Assembly: GCA_963781585.1 (NCBI GenBank)
Contig: CAWAGQ010000009.1
Coordinates: forward strand, 91,566-155,565
Reading direction: 5' to 3'
DNA length: 64,000 nt
DNA from: an uncultured Gemmatimonadaceae bacterium
GTDB lineage: Bacteria > Gemmatimonadota > Gemmatimonadetes > Gemmatimonadales > Gemmatimonadaceae
The position numbers and the translations under genes are program-made. Positions 40,415-49,834 of the stretch are shown piece by piece; within the stretch, counting starts at the first letter, position 1; every line of letters starts with the position of its first letter. The notes beneath the pieces were generated by a model. That model made no database searches and was not told the DNA's origin. It saw only the letters and a list, made by a program, of their open reading frames with translations.

Positions 40415-40507
40415 TCACGAGCACCGTGGCTCTGTCGTGCCCCCCCCCACCCCACGCCGCGTCCCTCTCTGCTCCGAATCGTGCGCGAACGAACTGGTGT
40501 CCAACAT
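40415..40507 (-). other. Putative uORF/leader peptide (30 aa) before the AraC regulator
   Basis: GGAGG RBS; MLDTSSFAHDSEQ...; homologous uORFs at 48577-48672 and 53198-53278. Confidence 0.4.
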
Positions 40508-40531
40508 GCCTGCCTCCCACTGCGTCGCGCC

Positions 40532-40597
40532 CGGAGCTGGCGTGCGGCTCACTCGGCTGCGCTGGTTCCAAGATGTGGGTTCGGGCCCGCCGCGCAA
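40532..40597 (-). promoter_or_regulatory. Conserved promoter 2 + leader, copy 1
   Basis: TTGCGC-16-CATCTT followed by a conserved ~40-nt leader; three copies. Confidence 0.55.
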
Positions 40598-40920
40598 GCC
40601 ACCGCGTCGTCACATCCCTCACCGACCTGGACGGTGAAAGCCGCTGCGTCTGACCCGGCGTTCGCACCGTGCCCGGCCGCCGCAGTCTGCACATCCGGCG
40701 ATCGCCGAGTCACCGAGGTCGGGATCGAACGTCACCGCGGTTGCGATCGAACGTCACGATGACCCCGCGATTGCCCGAAGCTTGTTCCCCGCCGACTGCG
40801 GCAGGTGACCAGCGACGGAGTTGGAGCGCTGTCCGTTAGGCTTCGTCGTCGCGCCGTGCAACAGCAAGTTTTCCACGCTTTTTCAGCAGCCTGCTAGACG
40901 GCTCCGCATTCAGCCCCCTG

Positions 40921-41235
40921 GTGTCCCGCCGGCTACCGTCTGCACTGCCGCCCACACATCCCGGCGAGATGCTGCTCGAGGAATTTCTCAACCCTCTCGG
41001 CGTGTCGCAGTCAGCGTTCGCCATCCGACTCGGCGTTTCTTTCCCGCGACTCAACGAAGTCATCCGGGGCAAACGCAGCGTCACGCCCGACACGGCACTG
41101 CGCCTGGCCCGCGTGACGGGGATGAGTGCCGACTTCTGGCTTGGTCTGCAGCAGGACTGGGATCTCTGGCATGCGCTTCGCTCCAAGCGGGCGGCCGCCA
41201 TCGCGCGACTCGAGCCCCTGCCACGCTCGGGCTGA
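40921..41235 (+). CDS. higA: HigA antitoxin (orphan; higB lost)
   Basis: PTHPGEMLLEEFL..RSVTPDTALRLAR..FWLGLQ; near-identical to 49325-49651. Confidence 0.9.
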   Translation: MSRRLPSALPPTHPGEMLLEEFLNPLGVSQSAFAIRLGVSFPRLNEVIRGKRSVTPDTALRLARVTGMSADFWLGLQQDWDLWHALRSKRAAAIARLEPLPRSG

Positions 41236-41411
41236 CCACGATTGCACCGCGGCCCCAGGCAGGGCACCGTCATTTCGCAAGGCCGGAAGTCAGCCAGAAG
41301 GACCAGATGAGATTCTGATGGCGCTCCCACGTATCCGCGAAGACGCCGCCGCAGACTCACAGGCGGGACTTGCCGGGAGAATCGTGAGGCGCCCACACCG
41401 GGCCCCACGCA

Positions 41412-41802
41412 CTACAGCGGTTTTCGCGGGACGAGCACGCTTGCCGAGCTATCGGCGGGATGGCTCCCCCGCTGCCAGTCCCAGTCCAGGCCGGGTTTGA
41501 GCACGACGTACACCGCGTTGTTCGTCCCCAGGCCGGGCATCGACGTGTCCCAGCAGTTCACATACCGGATCTCCGCGATATCCCCGGCCCGGATCGACGC
41601 GAGAACGGAATCCACCAGATCGGGCTCCGGCGTGGGCTTCCGCGCGCGGCGGACGACGTGGACCGGGCCCCCCTGGGCCGCGCCAGCGAACTTGGCCATC
41701 CAAAGCACCCGCCGACCGTTGACCCAGACATTGTCGACCGCCTGCCCGGGACACCGTCCCTTGTCGCCGAGCATGTCGGGTCGGAGCTTGCGAAGCGCGT
41801 CG
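41412..41802 (-). pseudogene. 5'-truncated copy of the short carboxypeptidase-regulatory-like protein
   Basis: Matches the C-terminal ~130 codons of 49835-50743 and 59311-60234; homology stops near 41802. Confidence 0.8.
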
Positions 41803-41894
41803 CGCAGGAACAGAGCAGCGGCGTTGCCGCGTCGAGTACCCCGGCGCCGCGTTGACTGACGGTCATGACCGGACCTGCCCGACCCTCTACCGGC

Positions 41895-42350
41895 TCAGCG
41901 CCCACTGCCCACCGTGTCCCGCCTGACGTCCTGCATCCAATCGGCGCGGACGGGCGACTTCGTCGAGTCGCGACGAAAGCGGATGGCGATGGCCCATGGA
42001 CCTGGGGTGATGAACCGCATGTTCGCGTAGTAGCTGCCCAGCTCGGCGCCGGGCACGAGGGTGTCGGAATACGACGCCAGATCGAGACCGGTCGCGAACA
42101 GCGCGCCGCTACCACCTTCGATCGGCTCACCCGTCCTGGCGTCGCGGACAATGACCTTGTACCGCACCACATCCCGCACGTGCGGCGGCAGCGGCTCGGC
42201 CAGTACCCGAATCGAGAGATCGTCGGCGAACAGGATCGTGGAGTAGTCCGGTGACTCGGGAGCGCAGCACAGGGCGACCACTGCCAGAGGGAACACCAGC
42301 TGCGCGGCCAGGGAATTTGCCGGGGAGCGCCTGCGAGGGAGCCGCTTCAT
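41895..42350 (-). CDS. Hypothetical exported protein, possibly YtkA/FixH-like Ig fold
   Basis: Start MKRLP overlaps the upstream stop; YKVIVRD.RTGEPIE, G.YYA..RF..PGPWAIAI. Confidence 0.55.
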   Translation of the reverse strand: MKRLPRRRSPANSLAAQLVFPLAVVALCCAPESPDYSTILFADDLSIRVLAEPLPPHVRDVVRYKVIVRDARTGEPIEGGSGALFATGLDLASYSDTLVPGAELGSYYANMRFITPGPWAIAIRFRRDSTKSPVRADWMQDVRRDTVGSGR

Positions 42351-43486
42351 GGTGTCCACTTCCAGGCGTAGACCACCAGCTCCAGCCCTATTCCGCTTCT
42401 CGTCGCAACCAGAAGCGAGGCATGACGTGCGGCTGCGCGGACTTCGATCGATGACCCGGGTTGCGTCATGCTCATGAACCGCCCGAGAGTGTCGTATACC
42501 ACCAGCAGCCGGCGCTCCGATGCGGGATCCACAAGGGTCTGCGCCACGGCCCGGTCGAGAGCGACCGCGGGAAGTGCGTCCCAGGACCGAAACGTCTCGG
42601 CATACGCCTGGGTGCCGAAGGACAGCGCTCCCGTGGCGTGAGCGCGGCGGGCTCCGGCGCTGTCCAATCGCATCCAGCCAAAGGGCCACTGTGCGGAACT
42701 GAGAAGGATGCCACCGCGTCCGCGCGCGAGGACCAGGTGTGAAACGTTGTACGCCCTGTCGAAAAGGGCATCGAACGTCACCGCGAGCACTGGACGGCCG
42801 CCAAAGCGAAGCCGTTCAAGCTGCACGGGCTGGTCTCGAGAGGCGAGGAGGATCGTCCAGGAACCATCCGATTGGGCAGCACCGGCAATGCGGCGTCCTT
42901 CGTGCCGCATGTGCTGCGCGACACAAGATCCGTCGTCTCGGATGTGGAAGAGTGCCTGACGAGTGCTGTCCACGATCTCGACCAGGGAGGTACCGGGAAC
43001 GAACGAGGCGGCGGCAACGCCCTCCAGGCGGCCCTGGCAGAGTGCGCGGCCTGGATGCGTCCCTGCGCGCACGAGGTAGACTGCGGAGAGCGTCCAGTAG
43101 AGCAGCCCGGTATCCTCCGAAACGTCAGCGCCGGCGATCACCCGGTGCTCAATGGGCACCGTGAGGAGCTCGTTGAGCTCCAGCTCCTGATGCCGCGGGA
43201 CAACAGGCCGATAGGTGGGACCTTCACACCCTGTAATGACAGCGGCTGCCAAGGAGAGCACGATCGCCACTCGATAAGACTGACTGGGCGTCACCTTCGC
43301 AGTGCGCGACCACCGCGTGGGGCGGTGTTGCTCCTGGCCTGATAAGGGAGTACTGCTGCACAGATCATGGTTGGGGTCCTGCCTCTGCGCCTGGCAGTGA
43401 ATCACCGGTTCTCCATTCGGGACCAGACTACCCATGCCAAGCACGCAGCCGGGACGCAATTGAGGAATCGATCCGATCCACATCAC
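42347..43486 (-). CDS. Hypothetical lipoprotein, possibly a divergent beta-propeller
   Basis: VITGC lipobox (likely start GTG 43294); short beta-strand repeats such as LVVYDTLGRF. Confidence 0.5.
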   Translation of the reverse strand: MMWIGSIPQLRPGCVLGMGSLVPNGEPVIHCQAQRQDPNHDLCSSTPLSGQEQHRPTRWSRTAKVTPSQSYRVAIVLSLAAAVITGCEGPTYRPVVPRHQELELNELLTVPIEHRVIAGADVSEDTGLLYWTLSAVYLVRAGTHPGRALCQGRLEGVAAASFVPGTSLVEIVDSTRQALFHIRDDGSCVAQHMRHEGRRIAGAAQSDGSWTILLASRDQPVQLERLRFGGRPVLAVTFDALFDRAYNVSHLVLARGRGGILLSSAQWPFGWMRLDSAGARRAHATGALSFGTQAYAETFRSWDALPAVALDRAVAQTLVDPASERRLLVVYDTLGRFMSMTQPGSSIEVRAAARHASLLVATRSGIGLELVVYAWKWTP

Positions 43487-43597
43487 GTGTCCCAGCCTCC
43501 GGCAAATTGAGGGGCGAACGAGTCTGCTCGACCTTGGCTCGAGGAGAACACGAGCGCATCCGTCGAAAGGGCGTCTCCGGTAGGCGGGACCCCTATG

Positions 43598-44671
43598 CTA
43601 TGACCTGCCGACACGTGGGTAGACGCGAAACATCGCGATATGGTGTCGTCGGCGAACGTCTCTGTACGAGACAAGGACAAAATGATCGCTGACCTGTAGC
43701 AGCCTGACTCCCGCACCCAAGAAGGTGACATCGCCAAGCACCGTGCCAGCACTATCAACCAGGCGATAGACGGCCTTCTCCGCGAAGAAGGGCGAGACCC
43801 ACAGCCACAGGGTCCCGCTGGGTGTGGACTTGAGCGCATTGTACGGCGGCATGAACTTCGGTTTCGGAAAGCTCTCTAGGTAGTCCCTCTGCCGCGTCTT
43901 CCCCTTGACGCTGCCGAGCAGCAGGTTGATCGCGTCTGCGTACGCTTTGTCGCTAACTGGCCGCCCGGGGATGCCGGCCGGGATAGCGCCCTTCTTTTGG
44001 CCGTTCAAGGAATACACGTCCACAAAGGCAGACTCGCCGGTTCCCACGTAGAGCCCTTGGTCAAATACACCGAAAGTCGTTACCGTCCCGAGAGCACGGC
44101 GCTCGCCGAGCAGAAGACTGTCGAGCGATGCGATCCTGTCGCCGTTCCAGTCGAGGAGCATCAAAGTTGCGTATGTGCGGGCTTCGAGGCCGCCAAGTTG
44201 GAGAGACGGATTGTCCAGCCGACCTCTGATTACGGCCAAGAATCCTCTCGGGGAGCACGCCACGCCAATCGACCTCGCTGGGACACGGAACTCGCGGACG
44301 GCGAGTCCAGCGGAGTCAAAAACCGTGATCCGGGATAGACCCGGGTCCCATGCGAATAAGGAATCCGCATGACAAACTCCAACCCAGGTAAGTCGACGAA
44401 ACTCACCGAGTTCACTTCCCCCCTTCCCCACATGGTGAACCACGTTGCCCAAGGAGTCGTAGAAACTAAGGGACAGGGTCCGACTATCTGCAAAGACCAG
44501 CGCATTGCCGACGCGAGTGGCGTGACCTGCATCGACCGGCCCAATGTCCACTACAGCCAGCGAATCAATCGAGGGTCCTTTCGCCTCTAGCTTGAGACGC
44601 TCGGGGACTTCTCCGGAGCAGCTCGCCGAAACGATGAGAGGCCCCAACCAAAGCCACTGACGCAGAATCAT
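43598..44671 (-). CDS. Beta-propeller-like lipoprotein
   Basis: VSASC lipobox; VGKGGSELGEFRRL; RITVFDSAG; MPPY...GTLWL. Confidence 0.7.
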   Translation of the reverse strand: MILRQWLWLGPLIVSASCSGEVPERLKLEAKGPSIDSLAVVDIGPVDAGHATRVGNALVFADSRTLSLSFYDSLGNVVHHVGKGGSELGEFRRLTWVGVCHADSLFAWDPGLSRITVFDSAGLAVREFRVPARSIGVACSPRGFLAVIRGRLDNPSLQLGGLEARTYATLMLLDWNGDRIASLDSLLLGERRALGTVTTFGVFDQGLYVGTGESAFVDVYSLNGQKKGAIPAGIPGRPVSDKAYADAINLLLGSVKGKTRQRDYLESFPKPKFMPPYNALKSTPSGTLWLWVSPFFAEKAVYRLVDSAGTVLGDVTFLGAGVRLLQVSDHFVLVSYRDVRRRHHIAMFRVYPRVGRS

Positions 44672-45336
44672 TCACGGCTCCGCAGTCTGTTGGCACGAGC
44701 GGAATCCACTTTGCGTGCCACGATCTCTGCCAGGTCCGGCGGAAGTCCCGGATAAAGGTCACCATTTATCAGGATCGTGGGCGCTGAAGATGTTCCAAGC
44801 GCCTCTGCAGCAGCGACATCAGCCCGGAGCTCTCGGCTCGTTTCCTCATCTCCGAGGCACTCCGCAAAAGCGTTGGTGTCCGACACGCCGGCTGCCTGCG
44901 CCATGGTGGACCACGACACTCTGCCCAGATCAGCTGAGTGACCAAACAGAGCGCGACGCACCGCTTCAAACTTACCTGCGCGCCGTCCGCAAATCGCAGC
45001 CATCGCCGCGCCCACTGCGCCCGGCTTTAGAGGCAGATTACGCCTGACGACGACTAAATCCTTCCCGTACTTCGCAATCAAAGAATCGAGGCGCCCGTCC
45101 AGCAGCGCGCAAGCACCGCAGAGGTAATCAGAAAACACAACAATCGTAACCGATGCGCTCGACGCCCCGTCGCGGACGCCTTCACTTGCGTACGCACTCC
45201 AGTCGGCAACACGGCGCCAAGGTTCGATGCTAGTGCGCCCATCCTTGGTGCGACTCTGCCACACAGAGCGCGCACTCCAACCGACAGCTGCGGCGACCAC
45301 TGCTGCAGTAACGGCGTTACCGAGGCGATGATGCAT
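44668..45336 (-). CDS. DsbA/thioredoxin-fold protein
   Basis: VTIVVFSDYLCGAC; RNLPL; SAPTILING; N-terminal TM segment. Confidence 0.82.
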   Translation of the reverse strand: MHHRLGNAVTAAVVAAAVGWSARSVWQSRTKDGRTSIEPWRRVADWSAYASEGVRDGASSASVTIVVFSDYLCGACALLDGRLDSLIAKYGKDLVVVRRNLPLKPGAVGAAMAAICGRRAGKFEAVRRALFGHSADLGRVSWSTMAQAAGVSDTNAFAECLGDEETSRELRADVAAAEALGTSSAPTILINGDLYPGLPPDLAEIVARKVDSARANRLRSRE

Positions 45337-45401
45337 CACACACCACTCTCCGAACGATGCCGCCGACTCTGTGACGACAGGTGCACCGCGGGGGCTTTCA
45401 G

Positions 45402-45641
45402 CTATCGCTGAGGGGCAAGGCAGGTACCGTCCAGGTCCGCGCCACCGATCACGCACCATGGATTAGGGTAGCATTCGCAATTGCCACCTGTACACGAGAC
45501 GTCCTCACTACACGAACAAACCTCCATGCTGCAGCTGTATACCTTGGCTGGCGGTGGTTTGTAGGCAGCGAAGCCGGCAGTTGCCCCGATTACCAACGGC
45601 GCGACCGCCCACAGTATCTTCGTTCCTGCCGCAGTTCGCAC
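45402..45641 (-). CDS. Small secreted Cys-rich peptide P3 (8 Cys)
   Basis: RBS GGAGGGAG before GTG; hydrophobic leader; C-x4-CxC-x5-C-x4-CxC-xPNPW-C-x10-C. Confidence 0.78.
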   Translation of the reverse strand: MRTAAGTKILWAVAPLVIGATAGFAAYKPPPAKVYSCSMEVCSCSEDVSCTGGNCECYPNPWCVIGGADLDGTCLAPQR

Positions 45642-45688
45642 GTTTCTCCCTCCGAGAGTCATGAAGAATCACCGCCCTCAATGGGACA

Positions 45689-46810
45689 TCACTGGAGTAA
45701 CCGATACAGAACGACGGTCTCGACATCGTTTTCATCCTTTCGGACGCCGGCTGCATAGTCGTTCCCGATCTCAAACAGCCGCACGTGGGCAGGGCAAGCG
45801 AGCCGCGAGAGGACGTGGCCACGCTCGTCCATTCGAGCGTATGTCGAGGGATCTTCGGGGTCGAGACGATACTGTTCGACCCAGACCGTCCCGGCGAATC
45901 CAGGAAGCACACGCGAGAACGCCGGTGCCAACTCGCTCCGTCTTGACGCGTTGTAGATCCTCGCGGTCCGTGTACTGTCGGCTGCCGTTCGCGCCTTCGT
46001 CATGGCGAGGTCCCTCGCTCTGCCAAGCTCGGATTCAGACAACGAGAGTCGGCGGAACGGCGTGCTGACCCGCCGGACGAAGGAACCGCTGGCGTCGTAG
46101 ACGAGAAGCTCGTCGCTGTCAGGATTCCCAACCCAGATGCGACCGGCAGCTGCCAGCAACGCGCCCAGCGATCGCACGCGGTCAAGCGAAGGGCTGGAAC
46201 GTCCGCCACTGTTCGCTACGCCGGTCGCAAAGTACGGGAAGTACGGAAATCGACCAATGACCTGAACGTCGCCGTCCTGGGCTCGCCAAATGCCGGCGCT
46301 GGTGCTGTCCCAGAACGGCCCCACTCCTGCGTGAGCGGCCGGGCGTCCCACCGTCGCTACCAACCATGCGTCGCCTGTGATGTGCCCGATGACGATCATC
46401 CCTGGCGGACCGGCCCGAGGAGCAAAGGGCATTGTCGATACCTGCTTCCCAGGGACGTCGTATATTGTTATACGGGCAAGCTGCACATCATACAGCAGCA
46501 GCGAATCTCCTGAGCGCCCGTACCACCCGGGGGTCGAAAGTTCGCCGGGTCCACTGCCGGGCCTGCCGATCAGGCGTTCGAAGCGGCCCGCGGGAGAATA
46601 CAGACGGATTTCCGGTGGGGCCCCATTCACGACTGCAAGCTGCCCGCTGCCGAGTCGCGTGACGCCCCCGATAGCGTTGAGCTGCGCCATCGTATCGCTA
46701 ATAGAGCCGATTGTCAGAAGTGGCTGCAACACAGCCTGTTGCCCCCTCGCTACGGACGACAAAGGCATACTAGAGAGAAGCAACACTAGGGCCACGCGTC
46801 GAGAAAACAT
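45689..46810 (-). CDS. Exported beta-propeller-like (NHL/6-bladed) protein
   Basis: Signal peptide; IGRPGSGPGEL; PAFSRV..GTVWVE; RKDENDVETVVLYRL. Confidence 0.75.
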   Translation of the reverse strand: MFSRRVALVLLLSSMPLSSVARGQQAVLQPLLTIGSISDTMAQLNAIGGVTRLGSGQLAVVNGAPPEIRLYSPAGRFERLIGRPGSGPGELSTPGWYGRSGDSLLLYDVQLARITIYDVPGKQVSTMPFAPRAGPPGMIVIGHITGDAWLVATVGRPAAHAGVGPFWDSTSAGIWRAQDGDVQVIGRFPYFPYFATGVANSGGRSSPSLDRVRSLGALLAAAGRIWVGNPDSDELLVYDASGSFVRRVSTPFRRLSLSESELGRARDLAMTKARTAADSTRTARIYNASRRSELAPAFSRVLPGFAGTVWVEQYRLDPEDPSTYARMDERGHVLSRLACPAHVRLFEIGNDYAAGVRKDENDVETVVLYRLLQ

Positions 46811-47045
46811 CGCGATCTCAGCCTCGATGAAGGTGCATGCGTGCTAGCCGTCGCTCATTGGCCACCACAAGACGCCGCAATAACTAGCCCGTTCCACCCA
46901 GCACACACCGCCTTCGCCGTGCGTTGCGGGATCCCGTCATGGTCACAACGTTGATGGGCGATGCCCCTATGGGGACATTCCCAGCTCGTCCGCCCTTTGC
47001 AACGCTACCTCGAGCGAAAAGTGCTTGGGACCCGCTGACTGTTCC

Positions 47046-47270
47046 TCACTGCACAGGAGCGCAGTTCCCGGCAAGATCATGAGTCAGATAGCACCATGGA
47101 TTGGGCATACAAGCGCAGCTGCCGCCGCTGCACTGGTTGTTTTCATCGCAGATGCACCCGACATCACAGCTGAACAATGCGGCGCGTGCCGGACTGAAGA
47201 TCGCGTACGCTGCATTGAGCGCAACTATCGTCAGGGCTACACCCAAGATTCGGGTTCGACGGCTTTTCAT
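47046..47270 (-). CDS. Small secreted Cys-rich peptide P4 (8 Cys), same family as P3
   Basis: RBS GGAGG; signal ending ARA; C-x3-CxC-x5-C-x4-CxC-xPNPW-C-x9-C. Confidence 0.8.
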   Translation of the reverse strand: MKSRRTRILGVALTIVALNAAYAIFSPARAALFSCDVGCICDENNQCSGGSCACMPNPWCYLTHDLAGNCAPVQ

Positions 47271-47579
47271 TGGGACCTCCATCTCAACAAGCCAAAGGAA
47301 TTGCTGCCTCTCTCGTTCTGTCGTGCTGCTCTCCCTTCCCCTATTAACAGAATGCGTGCGTTACTTCATCGCCCCGCTCCGCAGCTGCCGCCAACGCAAC
47401 CTCCCTATCCCGTTGCGATGAGCCGCGGAGCGTCTGACTCGCGCGGTCCGCACTCTTCCGTCCACGGAGGATCTCGGCGACGCTCGCCTCCCGGAAAGGC
47501 TGTACCGACACCTGTACTTGGTCACTCACGTGCTGCTTCAGTGTCGTCCGTGCCGGACTCCTTCAGCAGCTGTGCGACG

Positions 47580-47626
47580 ATGGTATGCGCCCCCGGATGA
47601 ACTGTCAATGAAATGTCCCACCGCGT
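47580..47626 (-). promoter_or_regulatory. Conserved cassette promoter/operator, copy B
   Basis: 23-bp invariant element running into TTGACA-17-TACCAT. Confidence 0.75.
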
Positions 47627-47754
47627 GACAACATCGTCTGTCCGAAGGACGTCGGATCCCCGAGAGATGGGTGCGGCACGTGGACGAGTCGCAGGACCAG
47701 CTGGGGGGAGAAAGTCGGTAGCTGGCGTATGCTGGGCCGTGGCGGCGCTGCTCA

Positions 47755-48569
47755 TCACCGGCGCCGCACCCACCGCGCGATTGCCTTCCGGAGACCGGCT
47801 TCGCCGTGCAGCTCGCCGAAGGTGACGCCAGCGTGGCGATGCACGAAGTTCTGCAGCGCCGGTTCGCTCGGAAAGCCAAGATCCCGGGCCACCGCCACGG
47901 CGGTGACGATGCCGCGGGCACACGCGGCCCCGACATGCAGCAGCCGTCCGGCATCGATCAGGTGCTGCGCGTCGAGCCACCCGCGGCGCCGCACCTCTCG
48001 CAGCACGGTCCGGCGATCCACGGTGAACTGGCCAGCCAGGCTTGGGGCAGCAGGGTGTCCGCTGCGGGGCGGGCTCACTGCCAGCGGCGCCGGTAGGCAT
48101 TCCGTGCGCACCACGATTCCTCCGCACAGCCACGCGACCAGTGCGCGTATCGCAGCAGACCGGCGAGACTGGCGGGCAGGACGTGCTCGAGCCGCCGCAG
48201 CACCTGCTCGCGGAGATCCTCCTCGCCCGTCCCGGCCAGCCACAAGTCATCAATCGACGCGGTCGCGAATTCGGCGGCACGGCCCCTGGACAGAGGTTCA
48301 CGCCCGATACACAGCACCACGTGCGCGAGCGGATGCCGGTGCCGGAAGGCGATCAGCTCGTCGCCGGTCAGCCGGCCACGGTCCGTGTGTGTCCCGACCA
48401 GCACCACCAGACGTTCACTATCGAGCGTCGCGAGCCCGGGCACTTCGTCCAGCCCGTGCACGACGACCACGACCGCGGGCACACCGCGCAACGCTCGGCA
48501 CACCTGTTGCCGGAGCAGCGGATCGCCCACCGCGATGCAGACACGGGCAGGACGCGGATCGGACCACAC
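47755..48569 (-). pseudogene. Receiver-like + AraC-type HTH regulator, copy 2 (frameshift near 48090)
   Basis: Paralog of 39594-40407; two extra bases after NAYR split it into ORFs 48075.. and 47755.. Confidence 0.7.
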
Positions 48570-48576
48570 GGGCGCT

Positions 48577-48761
48577 TCACGAGCACCGTGGCTCTGTCGT
48601 CCTCCCCCCCCCCACCTTACGCCGCGTCCTCCCCTGCTCCGAATCGCGCGTGAACGAACCCTCATCCAGCATGGTGCCTCCCACTGCTTCGCGCCGGGAG
48701 CTGGCGTGCGGCACACTCGGCTGCGCTGGTTCCAAGATGTGGGTTCGAGCCCCGCGCGCAA
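48577..48761 (-). promoter_or_regulatory. Promoter 2 + leader + uORF (48577-48672), copy 2
   Basis: TTGCGC-16-CATCTT at 48734-48761; uORF MLDEGSFTRDSEQ...EPRCS. Confidence 0.5.
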
Positions 48762-48984
48762 GCCACCGCGTCGTCACATCCCTCACCGACCTGGACGGTG
48801 AAAGCCGCTGCGTCTGACCCGGCGTTCGCACCGTGCCCGGCCGCCGCAGTCTGCACATCCGGCGATCGCCGAGTCACCAAAGTCGGGATCGAACGTCACC
48901 GCGGTTGCGATCGAACGTCACGATGACCCCGCGATTGCCCGAAGCTTGTTCCCCGCCGACTGCGGCAGGTGACCAGCGACGGAG

Positions 48985-49013
48985 TTGGAGCGCTGCCCGT
49001 TATCCGTTATAAT
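48985..49013 (+). promoter_or_regulatory. higBA promoter
   Basis: TTGGAG-17-TATAAT, 7 nt before the GTG of higB. Confidence 0.55.
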
Positions 49014-49020
49014 ACGCGTC

Positions 49021-49314
49021 GTGATACGGTCGTTCGCGGATGCAGCGACGGAAGACCTGTTCAATGGCCTGGACACTCCGCGCGCGCGACGCGCCTGTCC
49101 TGCAGTTCTGTGGAGCGTGGTGAGACGCAAGCTGACGCAACTCAACCGGGTGCGGGACCTGGGAGAACTCGCGGCGCCTCCGGGAAATCGACTGCAACGG
49201 TTGCGAGGCGATCGCGCGGGTCAACACAGCATTCGCATCAATGATCAGTGCCGGGTGTGCTTCCGGTGGGAGGGGCAATATGCCCACGAAGTTGAGGTCA
49301 CGGACTACCACTAG
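49021..49314 (+). CDS. higB: HigB toxin (RelE/ParE superfamily)
   Basis: MIRSFAD..TEDLF, PPGNRL..LRGDRAGQHSIRINDQ.R.CF.W, VTDYH. Confidence 0.9.
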   Translation: MIRSFADAATEDLFNGLDTPRARRACPAVLWSVVRRKLTQLNRVRDLGELAAPPGNRLQRLRGDRAGQHSIRINDQCRVCFRWEGQYAHEVEVTDYH

Positions 49315-49324
49315 ACGACTCCGC

Positions 49325-49651
49325 ATGCAACCCCTGGTGTCTCGCCGGCTGCCGTCTGCACTGCCGCCCACGCATCCCGGCGAGATGCTGCTCGAGGAAT
49401 TTCTCTACCCTCTCGGCGTGTCGCAGTCAGCGTTCGCCATCCGACTCGGCGTTTCTTTCCCGCGACTCAACGAAATCATTCGGGGCAAACGCAGCGTCAC
49501 GCCCGACACGGCACTGCGCCTGGCCCGCGTGACGGGGATGAGCGCCGACTTCTGGCTTGGTCTGCAGCAGGACTGGGATCTCTGGCATGCGCTTCGCTCC
49601 AAGCGGGCGGCCGCCATCGCGCGACTCGAGCCCCTGCCACGCTCGGGCTGA
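49325..49651 (+). CDS. higA: HigA antitoxin
   Basis: PTHPGEMLLEEFL; HTH; downstream of higB. Confidence 0.9.
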   Translation: MQPLVSRRLPSALPPTHPGEMLLEEFLYPLGVSQSAFAIRLGVSFPRLNEIIRGKRSVTPDTALRLARVTGMSADFWLGLQQDWDLWHALRSKRAAAIARLEPLPRSG

Positions 49652-49834
49652 AGCCGAGGGTGCCGTGCGCTGTAATTTCTCACGAGCGACGGGTCGCTAG
49701 CGCTGGCGGGCTTTCCATAGAAGGTGAGGACGAGATTCTGGCAACGCTCCCACGTGTCCATACAGACGCCGCAGCGTACTCACGGCGGGACCTGCCGGGA
49801 GAAACCTGAGGCGCCCGCACCGGGCGCGACCGCA

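Noticed and set aside
40532..40575. Known riboswitch in the conserved leader
   Set aside because: No match by eye to riboswitch consensus sequences I know; kept only as an unclassified leader
40720..49002. Integron (attI/attC) interpretation of the cassette array, prompted by GTTAGGC at 40835 and the GATCGAACGTCAC direct repeats
   Set aside because: No integrase and no RYYYAAC...GTTRRRY hairpins after cargo genes. GTTAGGC is common inside ordinary genes. The GTT at 48999 lies in the higBA promoter spacer. The direct repeat reads VTFD(P/R)DFGD on the minus strand, like a decayed DUF5615 remnant.
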